From: a virus
Strand: one strand, 5' to 3'
Length of the DNA: 64,000 bases
UHGV virus genome: UHGV-0141727
In this document: one piece after another, positions 19,895 to 30,087 of the stretch
Position numbering within the stretch: position 1 is the first letter of the stretch
Layout of the letters: the number at the start of each line of letters is the position of its first letter
Notes under the pieces: model-generated
What the model was told of the DNA's origin: nothing
Databases searched by the model: none
Seen by the model: the letters and a program-made list of their open reading frames with translations, nothing else
Translations under genes and position numbers: made by a program

Positions 19895-20265
19895 GCTGTA
19901 TCTCCGCTATCTTTCTGCATAACAACATTCACGGTGCCTCCTTTTGCCTGGAAGCTAATTAGTAACTGGTCTTCAGAGACAGTCGCGCAGCGGATCGCCT
20001 GGAGTCCAAGCCCTGGTAAGTCCTGCTGTAGCTTCGTCATCATTCGCGCTTCAATCGCCACTTCAACAATGTGTGACGTATCAGAACCGAAGGGTTCGTG
20101 TTTGAACTCCTCCATCGGATTCCCCCATGACGGCAATCCGTAAACGCTGCCATTTGGTGTCCGTAGCCATTCATCGAGTCGGGCTATCCAGGCGTTTGTG
20201 TCGCCTTCAGCGATCACCACCCCGCTCTCGTTTGTCTGAAGGCGGGCATCAATCTCATAAAGCAT
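19891..20265 (-). CDS. baseplate wedge protein (gpW/gp25-like)
   Basis: ORF 124 aa directly after the tape-measure-like gene. Confidence 0.45.
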   Translation of the reverse strand: MLYEIDARLQTNESGVVIAEGDTNAWIARLDEWLRTPNGSVYGLPSWGNPMEEFKHEPFGSDTSHIVEVAIEARMMTKLQQDLPGLGLQAIRCATVSEDQLLISFQAKGGTVNVVMQKDSGDTA

Positions 20266-20270
20266 CGGTC

Positions 20271-23200
20271 TTAATCCTCCAGTAATTTGTCAAGAGATGG
20301 GTCATTGATAGTCGTGCTGGCACGCTGACGAGGTTGTGGTTGTGATGTGTTCACAACTTTGTCCTGATCGCCTTTGCGGTTGTCTTTGCTTACGCCAAGA
20401 ATCTCTTTGAGAACGGAATAAACGTTCTCCAGTGCTTTCAACATAGCCGGATCGTTATTTGCGGTATCTGTTGTTAGCATCTGCCTTATTCCGCTTCGAG
20501 CGAGGTCCGTGACGGTTGGTAGCTGAGGAGGCATTGCAAGGAACGGTTCTTTAGCAGCCACGCCCGAAGCAAACAGGCTTTGATTGATTGCGCCAGTCGT
20601 GTCCCTGATCGTATCCGCCGTTTTCTGTATGCCACCATTCAGCCAGCCGCCAACACTTCTTGTTAACGGACTAATAGCGCGAGCAACATCGGTATTCTGT
20701 CCAGAGGACTGCAATACAAAGTCATTTAACATTCCGGTGCTATCGATACCGCCAACAAGTCGCGAGAGGTTATCTCCAACGGCGGGGAGGACGGCGGAGC
20801 CTACCTGTTTAAGCCCTGACACCGTTGAATCAAATAGCGAGCCAAAGAAGCCCCTGTCCTCACCTTCAACCACCTTGTAGCCGTTGTCGTAAATCTGCAC
20901 ACCCGCCGGTGTCGATGTGGCACGCTTCCCGCTGATGGTTGCCGGACTCTCCGGAAGCAGGTCAATGGTTTCTGTATCGCGGTTAACGTTGCGCTTTTGC
21001 TGTATAGCCGTAGTGATATCGGCGATCTGTTCCGCCTTCTGGAAACTAAAGTTTTTGCCCGTTGCTCTGGATATTTTTTCAACAAGGAACTTATCCAATT
21101 GCTTGGCTTTTGCTGCTAACGAGGACATCTCTTCCGGAGAACTGACAGGGCCGAGATTTAGCCCCATATTGGGATCTCCCCCAACTATCCCGGCGATGAC
21201 GCCCCCAACACCGTCTGCACTCATTAACCGATCCGTCAATCCGGCTGCGGCGGAAGAGTTGCCACTAGCTTTCGCGTGGCTGATCGCCTGGGCATTTTCC
21301 TGTTGAGCCGCCTTCGGTTTTTTAGCTGCCTGTGCGTGTTGAACCACATCAGTAGGGGTAGGCATTACAGCCTGGGCTACGCTTGACGCAGGAATAGCAG
21401 AAGATGAGCCATTGGCGTATTTGACTTTGCTACCGACACTATATTGGGAGTTGCGAGCGATTAGAGGACCGCCCTTTTCCTTCTGGATTTTATTAATGTG
21501 TTCCAGCGTTTCATCATTGAATTGCCCTTCCCAACGCCCAGTTTTAGCGTTGAATGAACCAAGAGCTGTTTTGATGAAATTGTTGTTAACCGCCGGGTTC
21601 CCCCCCTCCTTCGTCGCAATAGCGCGAACAAGGTGCGTCATAACTTCAGGGTTACTAACGTCTATTTTATCGTTGGGGGATACCCCTAGATATTTGCTGA
21701 CGTTTTCAATGTACTGATTGGTGTTGTTCTCTGTTGGTGGTGCCCATTTTGAAATGATGCTGGATACTGTTTGCAGCTTCTGATACCCGGCGGCAGCACT
21801 TGTACCGTTGTAATAACTCGATACCTGGTTTGCCAATGCCCGAATCCCTTCTTCGGGCGTATTAAACCGCGCAAAACGCTGTTCGCCTTTCGCGTTCGGC
21901 GCTTCCAGTACCGCCCCCTCCTGATTTGCAAAAACCAGGTTCCCCAGGTTGTTATTCCGGTAATTCCTGTTCTTGGCGTTGCTTCCGCCTATATTCAGAT
22001 CAGCCGTTATTGTATTTTTTTCAGGCGCTTTAAATTCGTCTGGCGATTTGTAGCCGTGTTCACCCACGCCATCCTCACCTCTGCGCCCGCCCTGTAGCTG
22101 TCGGGCCAGATCATTAATTGCGGCTACCGTTTGCTTGGTGCCATCTTCAACGGCTTTCTTAACCTGCGCAGTGCCTTCGCTGCTTGATGAGAACGATTCT
22201 TTTAGGCTGCTGAATGCGTTCTTCGACGCGTCGATAGAACTATTTATGCCGCGAGCGATATTGCTGGTATCAAGACTCTGAAGTTTTTGTCCGACACCTT
22301 CAAAGCCTAGCGCGGACATCCCCTCGCCAATGAGGTTAGCCGCTCCCGTCACCAGACCGCCCATATCCAGGACGTTAGCAGCGGCGTAGGCGCTCTTTTG
22401 CTGTGTTGTAACGTCCTGCCCTTCCTTCAGGTTATAAGTCGCCCTCTGCGCTTCTGTGTCGCTGTAGCCGTCTACGGCATCATAACCAACCATAGCCACC
22501 TGGCCGATGACTGGAATCGCCCTGAATCCGGCCCTTGCGGCAACACCTCCGGCAGCTTTGAGAGCCACTTTTCCAGCTTCTTTTTTCGCGATGTTTTCAC
22601 CAGTGGCAACGGCAACCTTACCCGCCTCTTTCCTGGTAAGGCTTTCCCCAGCGGAAGTTGCCGCTTTACCAGCGTCTTTCCCTGCCGCTCCACCAGCCGC
22701 CGTTTTGGCTACGCTTTCTTCAGTGACCTTACCTGCTCTGGTTTTAACTGAAGATTTATCACCCGATGATTTTGGTGAGGTACTACCCTCGTTCCCACCA
22801 GCATTTTTTGTCCGATTTTTTTCCTCGCCCGCACTGTTGTTTTTGCCTGGCTGATTTTTTTTCCCCTCTTTGCCTTCCTGACTCCTGCCCGTCTCAGTAG
22901 GTTTGCTGGTGTTTTTTCCCTTCTTGCCCTTGTTTTCTTTACTGTCTCCAGTGCGGCCCGTGTTGCCACCACGTGCACTGCTACGACCGCGTGTAGGGGA
23001 TATTTTGGAACGTAATCTGCCACCGCCGAGGAGGTCGCTCAGTTTTAGCCCACTCTCCTGCGACTTTCGTAGTTTCCGGATCTCTTCGGATACAGTTTCC
23101 AGCTCATCAATTATCTGGCTGTCGTTGCGTTGAAGAACTTTCGTTTGTTCTTCGATCGCACGTACAGATTTTTCTTTAACGGCTTCAGTAAATGCCTTTG

Positions 23201-24134
23201 CTGAACCGGGCGCGTTATCTGGAGTCTTCCTTTCATTGTCAGGTGCCGGGTAAGTAATGGCGGGGGCTTTTGCGACCACCGGTGCGCCAGCCGCCTTGTC
23301 GTTGCCATTATCTATCCATTCTTTCAATGATTTAGCCTTACCAGTAATCTCGCGGCTGATATCAAATACGCCCCGTGCTGCCATCCATAGTGGACCACCA
23401 GCCCCTACCCCGGCAGCATCGGTTACAGCTCCATCGTCGGCTTTCCCTGAACCATCAACCCCCATAATGGAACCGAGTTTTCGCAGGAACCCAACCTGTA
23501 GTTTTGCCTGTGCGCGTAGCTCATTCTGGCGTGCGAGATCCTCGTTTTTTTTCTGAGAGGCAAATCGTCCGTTGCTATCCCGTAACGGTGCACCAGAGGT
23601 GCTCTGGCTTTCTCTAACTGGTTGTTCTTGCCTTGCAGGCTGAATGTCAGGAGTGAGCAACTGAATGCGCTCTGGCGATGACTTCGTGGCTTTGCCTTCA
23701 GCCAGTGGTGCTGTTTTTGATTCCGAATGAGCGGTGCGGTGATCTGCTGCTGCTTTTTGCGGATTATCTATCTCGCTAGTGTTGTTTATACGTAATCTCT
23801 GTTTCCTGGTAGGGAGCCGGTCTTTATACGGCCCCTGTGTGAAACTGTTGCGTTGCGCCCCTGCTTTCCCTGTTCGGGCCAAGCGACGACTTACGCGTCC
23901 TTGTGGTGCGTCGCTGGTATCAGGATTGCGTCCGTAAGACTCAAGTGCTTTTTTTATTTCTGAAAGCGCAGCTAGCTCTTTCGCGTTTGCCGTTTGTATT
24001 GCGTCGATTATCGCTATTCGGTCTTTTTTATCGTTCAAAATAACCTCACTTACATCGGCGGTGATCACCCTGTTTTTTTGGCGTGGGCTTTGTATTTCTC
24101 TTCCAGTGCTTTTTCCATATGGAGTGCCCGCCAC
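20271..24134 (-). CDS. tape-measure/Sit-like tail protein
   Basis: 1287-aa ORF with Gly/Ser/Lys-rich low-complexity segments, upstream of baseplate genes. Confidence 0.55.
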   Translation of the reverse strand: MAGTPYGKSTGREIQSPRQKNRVITADVSEVILNDKKDRIAIIDAIQTANAKELAALSEIKKALESYGRNPDTSDAPQGRVSRRLARTGKAGAQRNSFTQGPYKDRLPTRKQRLRINNTSEIDNPQKAAADHRTAHSESKTAPLAEGKATKSSPERIQLLTPDIQPARQEQPVRESQSTSGAPLRDSNGRFASQKKNEDLARQNELRAQAKLQVGFLRKLGSIMGVDGSGKADDGAVTDAAGVGAGGPLWMAARGVFDISREITGKAKSLKEWIDNGNDKAAGAPVVAKAPAITYPAPDNERKTPDNAPGSAKAFTEAVKEKSVRAIEEQTKVLQRNDSQIIDELETVSEEIRKLRKSQESGLKLSDLLGGGRLRSKISPTRGRSSARGGNTGRTGDSKENKGKKGKNTSKPTETGRSQEGKEGKKNQPGKNNSAGEEKNRTKNAGGNEGSTSPKSSGDKSSVKTRAGKVTEESVAKTAAGGAAGKDAGKAATSAGESLTRKEAGKVAVATGENIAKKEAGKVALKAAGGVAARAGFRAIPVIGQVAMVGYDAVDGYSDTEAQRATYNLKEGQDVTTQQKSAYAAANVLDMGGLVTGAANLIGEGMSALGFEGVGQKLQSLDTSNIARGINSSIDASKNAFSSLKESFSSSSEGTAQVKKAVEDGTKQTVAAINDLARQLQGGRRGEDGVGEHGYKSPDEFKAPEKNTITADLNIGGSNAKNRNYRNNNLGNLVFANQEGAVLEAPNAKGEQRFARFNTPEEGIRALANQVSSYYNGTSAAAGYQKLQTVSSIISKWAPPTENNTNQYIENVSKYLGVSPNDKIDVSNPEVMTHLVRAIATKEGGNPAVNNNFIKTALGSFNAKTGRWEGQFNDETLEHINKIQKEKGGPLIARNSQYSVGSKVKYANGSSSAIPASSVAQAVMPTPTDVVQHAQAAKKPKAAQQENAQAISHAKASGNSSAAAGLTDRLMSADGVGGVIAGIVGGDPNMGLNLGPVSSPEEMSSLAAKAKQLDKFLVEKISRATGKNFSFQKAEQIADITTAIQQKRNVNRDTETIDLLPESPATISGKRATSTPAGVQIYDNGYKVVEGEDRGFFGSLFDSTVSGLKQVGSAVLPAVGDNLSRLVGGIDSTGMLNDFVLQSSGQNTDVARAISPLTRSVGGWLNGGIQKTADTIRDTTGAINQSLFASGVAAKEPFLAMPPQLPTVTDLARSGIRQMLTTDTANNDPAMLKALENVYSVLKEILGVSKDNRKGDQDKVVNTSQPQPRQRASTTINDPSLDKLLED

Positions 24135-24188
24135 TGCGGTAATTGTTCAACGTCACTAACTGGCTGGTAGCCGTATAACGTCAGGTTA

Positions 24189-24869
24189 TTAATAATGGTT
24201 AGCCATCCATTCAGATCTAATTGATGGGATAAACTCTCTATTGAGAAATGGGGCGTACAGCGTGGTAGTCACGTCTGCACCCTCCTTAGCGTTTTTGCAG
24301 CGTTGTGGCGGTAGGATCAGGCGGCTTGTGCCTCGTTCAATAGCCATTTTTAAGCCGTGGCGAAGGTCTTTCTGCATGAGCTGAATGCGAGCTACCAGAG
24401 GGGTAAACTCGGTTTCCAGTGCCATGTTTTCAATGATATCGAATCGTCTGTTTGCAGCTTGTGTGAAGTCTTCTGGATCGTCGTTCAGAGATGTACACAA
24501 GGCCAACTCAGCTATGCGGAGACGAGCAACCTCAGCACTGTACTCTGGAGTTTTCATATCAGGCAAAGTGGCGCGCATACGTTCAAGCAATTCAGCGCCT
24601 TTCCCTGTTAATGGTTTAAGCGTCCACTCGGTTGGTACTCCGTTTATAGGGACCATAGTTTTAATAAACGGCGGGACAGTCAGGATTTCTACCGTTTCGG
24701 CAAGGTCTGAAAGGTTAATATCTGCGTGATGAACGTTTCCACAGTGACCACACTCGTATGAGTAAGTCATTACGGCATCTGGTCTGGAATTGACAAAGAT
24801 CCACCAAAGCGCGGTTCTGCGATCCTGAACTGTCCAGTTTGAGCTGTCGTTAATTTCGCCGTCTTGCAT
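24189..24869 (-). CDS. hypothetical protein upstream of tape-measure gene (start uncertain)
   Basis: ORF 24189..25136 extends into the origin region; first ATG at 24869. Confidence 0.3.
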   Translation of the reverse strand: MQDGEINDSSNWTVQDRRTALWWIFVNSRPDAVMTYSYECGHCGNVHHADINLSDLAETVEILTVPPFIKTMVPINGVPTEWTLKPLTGKGAELLERMRATLPDMKTPEYSAEVARLRIAELALCTSLNDDPEDFTQAANRRFDIIENMALETEFTPLVARIQLMQKDLRHGLKMAIERGTSRLILPPQRCKNAKEGADVTTTLYAPFLNREFIPSIRSEWMANHY

Positions 24870-25081
24870 GGCGTTGAGGTATTCTGTTGTGGTTGCCTCG
24901 TCTTCTGCCGGATTGATGTCTGAATATTTCAGGGCATCTTTCACAGTAGGTGCATGAAACTGAATTTCTATTTCAGGCTGTGAAGGCAATGGGAATTTGG
25001 GAATGTTCAAGGATTCCTCCAGAAAAGTCGGTACTCGTTTGGCTGGAGGATAGGGAGTGTGTGATTTTGACTTTAACCTAT

Positions 25082-25190
25082 TTATCCACAGGGTAGATCC
25101 AATAAATAGATCCCAAAGAGAACCAGTAAGATCCAAAGAAGATCCCGGATCGCTGCGAGCCGCGCCATCACTGGCCTAAATGGAGATCAA
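25082..25190. promoter_or_regulatory. origin-proximal region: DnaA box TTATCCACA plus cluster of six GATC sites
   Basis: perfect DnaA box at 25082-25090; GATC sites within ~100 bp upstream of iterons. Confidence 0.55.
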
Positions 25191-25295
25191 CATTGACTAT
25201 GTGCGATTTAATGTTGACTATGTGCGATTTTATGTTGACTGTACGCGATTTAATGTTGACTATATGCGATATAAACATTGACTGTATGCGATAAT
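25191..25295. repeat. five direct ~19-bp iterons at ~21-bp spacing upstream of repA
   Basis: units (C/A)(A/T)TTGACT(A/G)T(G/A)(T/C)GCGAT repeated 5 times. Confidence 0.75.
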
Positions 25296-25372
25296 TCTCT
25301 CAGCCCTCAGACGGCTGTGGATAAGTATCTTTCATTTGGCTATAAAGCCCCGTCAATCAAGGAAATAACAGG

Positions 25373-26257
25373 ATGGTAGATGACAAAAAAGGCTTTCTGA
25401 ACGTTGAGGAAATATCAGGGAATACCGGAGAAATCCACAGCTTAAAGCCTAACAATAATAGCACTATTCAGCCGATAGCTTTGTTGCGGCTTGGGGTGTT
25501 TGTTCCCACATTGAAATCTACCAGTGTTGCTTTACGTCGCAAGAACGCCGGTTTAACTAACTCCACTGATGCGACAGAAGAACTGTCCAGCCTGAAGATT
25601 GTAGAGCAGGAAGGGTATCAGGGTATTGAGATTCATGGGCCACGTCTGGATATGGATACTGATTTTAAGGTGTGGATAGGCATTACATCTGCATTGTTTG
25701 ACTATAAACCAGATAATGATGGTGTGATCACCCTGACATTCTCTGAATTTGTGGATCGTTGCGGTTATCCAAGGAAGCGGCTGTCCAAGGCTTTTCGCAA
25801 GAGCATTGGCGACTCTCTAACGCGTATTCAGCAGACGTTGCTGAAGTTCAACTTGCCCACCAGCAAAGAACATGTTCGTTATATCCAGATGAATTTATTG
25901 GCATTTAGTGAACTTGATACTGAAAATGACATTATAAGAATCCAACCGCAGAAGCAGTTGTCTGAGTTGTATTACGTTGACTATAAGCGAATATTGAAGC
26001 TCAAAATGCTCGATAAACTTGGCAGGAAAGAGACAGCCAAGGTGCTTTATACGTTTTTCGAAGCGTTACCTTCAAACCCTGCGCCAGTGAGTATTGAGCG
26101 CCTTCGCGCCAGATTGAACCTCAAATCATCGGTTAGCGTTCAGAACAGTGTGATTCGTAAAGCCATGAAAGACTTGGAAGCTGTTGAATATCTTAAATTT
26201 TCAGAGATAAAGAATGGTCGGAAAATAGGTTTCCAGATCCATAAACGAAATCCATAA
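25373..26257 (+). CDS. repA: replication initiator RepA (P1 RepA-like)
   Basis: 294-aa ORF recalled to resemble P1 RepA in conserved blocks (VQPxAL(L/M)RLGVFVP, GPRLDMDTDFK, YTFxExLP) (recalled from memory, not searched); flanked by iterons. Confidence 0.8.
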   Translation: MVDDKKGFLNVEEISGNTGEIHSLKPNNNSTIQPIALLRLGVFVPTLKSTSVALRRKNAGLTNSTDATEELSSLKIVEQEGYQGIEIHGPRLDMDTDFKVWIGITSALFDYKPDNDGVITLTFSEFVDRCGYPRKRLSKAFRKSIGDSLTRIQQTLLKFNLPTSKEHVRYIQMNLLAFSELDTENDIIRIQPQKQLSELYYVDYKRILKLKMLDKLGRKETAKVLYTFFEALPSNPAPVSIERLRARLNLKSSVSVQNSVIRKAMKDLEAVEYLKFSEIKNGRKIGFQIHKRNP

Positions 26258-26487
26258 CATTGACTGTGTGCGATTCCAAGCGTTGACTATACGCGACAAA
26301 CATTGACGCTGGCGGATTTAGTTATTAACTTTTTCACATGATCAATGGATAAACCAGCTATTTCATTGAGTATTTGTCGCTTATAGTCAATCTTTCCTCA
26401 TTTCTTGTCGTGTGTAGTCAATGTTTTGTGATCGGGATCGAGTACAGTCAACATTAGTTGTAAGCCATTTCGCCTATAGTCAACATT
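26258..26487. repeat. downstream iteron array (three direct, four inverted copies)
   Basis: TTGACT/AGTCAA cores of the same iteron family in both orientations. Confidence 0.6.
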
Positions 26488-26504
26488 TCTCCATCAGCAG
26501 TCTT

Positions 26505-26795
26505 AAGGGCAATTTCTACACCTCTCTGTAGGTGTAGGATTTGCCCTTAAAGATGGGAGATTGAGGGCAATTCTTACACCATTAGTGAGTTGGTTGGAGC
26601 TTTAACGGCTAACATCATTTGTAATTTATTGATTAATAAGTAATGTGTAAAAATCACCCTCAGATAGCATCGTATGTTATAGCTATTTTTATAGCACACC
26701 TGTTAAGTGTTTTTTGAATGTAACTCATTGATTTTGTTGTGATGTGTAAAAAATGCCATCATTGACGTAAACAGCAGGTGTAGAAATTGCCCTCA
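26505..26795. repeat. four copies of a 16-bp motif GGGCAA(T/A)T(T/C)(C/T)TACACC in alternating orientation around an AT-rich spacer
   Basis: copies at 26505-26522, 26531-26548 (inverted), 26563-26580, 26778-26795 (inverted). Confidence 0.4.
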
Positions 26796-26837
26796 AGTTT
26801 GCCCCTTCCCCACCTTCTCGCACTTTAATATTGCATT

Positions 26838-27575
26838 TCAAAACTTGATCACGTTGCTGGCGGCGCTTTTAAGTGCGCTTGTTGCTAAACCAGCAGCTCC
26901 ATTGACTAATGCGGACAGGCCGGAACCAGCAGATGTGTATCGCTGGAACGTGATCGGATAGGACAAGAATTCGGACACCTGATCACGTGAGCGGCTGATC
27001 TCTCCTATCTGAGTAGGAAATACACGCATTTCCTCTTCCAGCTCTTTCCCGCCTTCCTGTGTAACGCGGTATAGCCTGATATTCATGAGATAATCTGGCG
27101 GCAGGTTTAGCGTACCATCGCTATTGGTTACACGGGCGCGGCGCTCCTTGAACCAATTCATTATTTTGCCGTCTTCTGTGTCTCTGACCGTCATTGTTAC
27201 CGGTCCGGCGGTTACGTGCGTTGGCTTATTGAACTCGACGCTACCAATGATTTTGCTTTCTGTTTCAATATTCCCGCTACTGTAAGTTATGTCCTTAACG
27301 AACATATCAAAGCCGCTTAATCCGTCTACATCTACCGTCCACTGCCAGCCCTGGGCATAGCGGATACGCATAGCCGTAGCAACTACGTTCTTTCCGTAAG
27401 CGATGTCATTGCCATAGCTCCCACTAACGCCACTGCCAGACACCGCTCTATCCAGAATGTCGCTGATAAGGTTGCTGGTGAATGATTTCGCGCTAAACGA
27501 TACCGCACTGGCTAGCGTTTGCGTTGCAGCACTAAAAATACTCACGTAGCCCTCCGTGTTAAAAAATGGTAGCAC
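26838..27575 (-). CDS. hypothetical virion protein
   Basis: ORF 245 aa in tail/head gene block. Confidence 0.3.
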   Translation of the reverse strand: MLPFFNTEGYVSIFSAATQTLASAVSFSAKSFTSNLISDILDRAVSGSGVSGSYGNDIAYGKNVVATAMRIRYAQGWQWTVDVDGLSGFDMFVKDITYSSGNIETESKIIGSVEFNKPTHVTAGPVTMTVRDTEDGKIMNWFKERRARVTNSDGTLNLPPDYLMNIRLYRVTQEGGKELEEEMRVFPTQIGEISRSRDQVSEFLSYPITFQRYTSAGSGLSALVNGAAGLATSALKSAASNVIKF

Positions 27576-28110
27576 CAGGGATAATGGCCCGGTTGGCTGC
27601 CATTTTTTCTTCTATCTCCTGAACACGCGCGTAGAGCGTCGCCTCATCAGGAAGATCGGAGTAATCAAACTTGCCATCAATTGACGCCCTTCGCTGGCGG
27701 GCAACGTTGCGGACATTGATAAGTGCTTCAAGATATTCCTCAAGCATTCCGATAATCGCAGGTGGCACTTGCCACTCATCCAGGTTGCGATCGCGGAGAT
27801 TTACAAGGTATTGCATCTTGAAAGGCCAGCGTTCAGAACCGGTAAGCTCAAGTTCGACAAAACCGGCAATCTCGTCGGCGTAAACCAGAAGTCCGTTGTG
27901 GTCAGTGACGTGGACCAGAGACAGATAATCATCCGGAACAGGGATCGCCGTACCGTCTGCTTTCTCCAGCTTTAATGCCTTCACTACTCCCGCTCTGTCC
28001 TGGTAAGTAGTCAATGCTTTGATCAGGAATGCTTTCAGTGTCTCCTCTTCCCGTACAAGAAGAGGATTGAATCGCGCTTTAACGCTTTCTAATAGTTCAG
28101 AAGGTGTCAT
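27559..28110 (-). CDS. hypothetical virion protein
   Basis: ORF 183 aa. Confidence 0.3.
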   Translation of the reverse strand: MTPSELLESVKARFNPLLVREEETLKAFLIKALTTYQDRAGVVKALKLEKADGTAIPVPDDYLSLVHVTDHNGLLVYADEIAGFVELELTGSERWPFKMQYLVNLRDRNLDEWQVPPAIIGMLEEYLEALINVRNVARQRRASIDGKFDYSDLPDEATLYARVQEIEEKMAANRAIIPGATIF

Positions 28111-28161
28111 AGATGCTCCGGACGGAGGGGGATAACCCCGCTCTTTTGAGCGGGATCGGTA

Positions 28162-28653
28162 TTACTCAACCCAGTTGTACACAATACGCAGGGTCGGTCT
28201 GACAACCGCCGTTACATCTTCTGATGAGAAATCAACGGCATCGGAATACACTTTGCAGTGTGAGTAAGTACGTGACAGACCTTTGCTGTCACCGCTGTTA
28301 GATTCAGCGGCAGCCTGGAAAGAGATATCCAGATATTTCTTCTCATAAACCATCTCTTTGACGGCAGCGAGTACAACACCTTCAATCGTCTCCGCACAGG
28401 TAACCTGAAATTCACCTGAGTTACGCAGCGGACCGTGTTGGTTGAACTTCATACCGCCTGGTGCGTAGTCTTCTACGTCTTCACGCGTCATTTCCGGTAA
28501 CTGCGCAGTGCGGATCAGCACTGACAGATTTTCGTATCCCTTAATGGTCATCCAGTATTCAGTGCCAATTAATTTTTCGCCTGCTGCCAGGTTCTTGTTG
28601 AATCTGGCTTTCAGGAAGGCGAGATCGGCTTTTGTGTTTGAAAAACCGGCCAT
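28162..28653 (-). CDS. tail tube-like protein
   Basis: ORF 163 aa; size and C-terminal YNWVE end reminiscent of myovirus tube proteins; low certainty. Confidence 0.3.
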   Translation of the reverse strand: MAGFSNTKADLAFLKARFNKNLAAGEKLIGTEYWMTIKGYENLSVLIRTAQLPEMTREDVEDYAPGGMKFNQHGPLRNSGEFQVTCAETIEGVVLAAVKEMVYEKKYLDISFQAAAESNSGDSKGLSRTYSHCKVYSDAVDFSSEDVTAVVRPTLRIVYNWVE

Positions 28654-28661
28654 AATTACTC

Positions 28662-29279
28662 CTAAACAAAAACAGATGAGATATTGCTGCGGTTAATAGA
28701 TGTGTTACCACTGCATTGCAGAGTGACCGTGTTGTGGGTGAAATAGCCTTCCGATGTGCGCGGGGCGTCAAGCTGATAGCTGACGCTTTTGATCACAACG
28801 TTCGTTAACATCACGTTTCTGCCGATATTTATCGTTACGGCTTCCGGGATTCGACCAAAAAGAGCAACGTCGTTTAGTTCTGGCGATGCCATTTTCAGCA
28901 ACGTCGTTATGGCGTCGTTTACCTCAGTTTTTGCGTTGGACATCGCTAAAAAATCCAGCACCAGGGTAAACTCCGGCGGCTGCTGCCCTTCCCACACAAG
29001 GGTGGAGTTGAGGCGGCTTTTGGTTGTGCGCCCGCTTATCACCTGTGCCACGCCAGTAAGAGCTGACGTCGCCTCGCTGATAGCGCCTAACACACTGCCC
29101 ATTGCCTTATCTTCGAACGGCGACTGCCACAGAGACGTTAATTCGGCAGAGGAACCTTCGCCGATATATCCGATGACCATATCCTCGCTTGATATGATGT
29201 ATGCTTTCATTAGCGGACTGATTCCGTCCGCAACGTTAGCGCCGCAAATCACTGCTATTTCTCCCAAACAGGCCACCAT
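28662..29279 (-). CDS. hypothetical virion protein
   Basis: ORF 205 aa. Confidence 0.3.
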   Translation of the reverse strand: MVACLGEIAVICGANVADGISPLMKAYIISSEDMVIGYIGEGSSAELTSLWQSPFEDKAMGSVLGAISEATSALTGVAQVISGRTTKSRLNSTLVWEGQQPPEFTLVLDFLAMSNAKTEVNDAITTLLKMASPELNDVALFGRIPEAVTINIGRNVMLTNVVIKSVSYQLDAPRTSEGYFTHNTVTLQCSGNTSINRSNISSVFV

Positions 29280-29297
29280 TACAGGTGGCTTACATCA

Positions 29298-30044
29298 TTA
29301 CAGACCGCGTTTTTTGCGAATGCGGATAGACTTACGGCGGCGAGTGTTAGCTATCGACGTATGTGCCTTACGGCGAGCTTTTTTCAGCGCCTGCTTTTGT
29401 AAGGACGTCATGCGACGCGGGCGCGGGCGTTTGCGGATGATAGTAACCTTGCCATCACGAACGACTTTTTTGCTGACAGCTTCGAGCATTGCGGCATTGC
29501 CACCAGCAACGGTGTAAATCGCAATGGCTTCTTCCATCATTTCACTATCGCTTTCTGACAGTGCGTCAAATACGCGTTCTGCTGCCGCGTCATCTTCGTC
29601 ATCGATCATCTCGGTGACGTCGTCCTGATCAGCGCCCAGGGCCACAGCCGCGTTAGCCAACGCCGCGAGTGCGTCGTTATATGCGTCAACCTGTTCGTCG
29701 GTCAGTTCCGTGTCTTCGTCAATGTCGGCCAGGCCAGCCATTGTGATTGCCAGCGCATCAAATGAATCCGCTTCAGGGTCGCCATCTTCTACCCAGCTCG
29801 CCAGCATTGAAGCTGCCAGACTGCGGATGTCACTTAGTGCACGGGATTCCACCGCTTCCATCATTGCGGCTTCGATATCCGCGCCATCGGTTCCATTCTT
29901 GGCACTTTCCAGGATGGCGTTATCGCCACTTTCAAAACAACCAGAATCTTTGGCGCTTTCCAGTATGGCTGTATCTGCGTTACCGGCTGTTTTGCCTGCA
30001 AATAGCGCGCGCATGAATGGATCAACAACAGAATAGTTTTTCAT
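29298..30044 (-). CDS. acidic Ala-rich protein with basic Arg/Lys C-terminal tail
   Basis: ORF 248 aa; acidic body, RKRPRPRR...RRRKSIRIRKKRGL tail. Confidence 0.3.
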   Translation of the reverse strand: MKNYSVVDPFMRALFAGKTAGNADTAILESAKDSGCFESGDNAILESAKNGTDGADIEAAMMEAVESRALSDIRSLAASMLASWVEDGDPEADSFDALAITMAGLADIDEDTELTDEQVDAYNDALAALANAAVALGADQDDVTEMIDDEDDAAAERVFDALSESDSEMMEEAIAIYTVAGGNAAMLEAVSKKVVRDGKVTIIRKRPRPRRMTSLQKQALKKARRKAHTSIANTRRRKSIRIRKKRGL

Positions 30045-30087
30045 TAGGAAACCTCATTCATCCCCGCGTTTCAGCGGGGAAGATAAA

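Noticed and set aside
20584-23556. Many antisense and alternative-frame ORFs (60-130 aa) inside the 1287-aa tail gene
   Set aside because: They sit in a GC-skewed low-complexity coding region and translate to Pro/Ser/Arg-rich low-complexity strings; almost certainly spurious.
25191-26487. Short direct repeats that could be mistaken for a CRISPR array
   Set aside because: Units are ~19 bp at ~21-bp periodicity with no unique spacers of CRISPR length, occur in both orientations, and flank a RepA gene with a DnaA box; these are replicon iterons.
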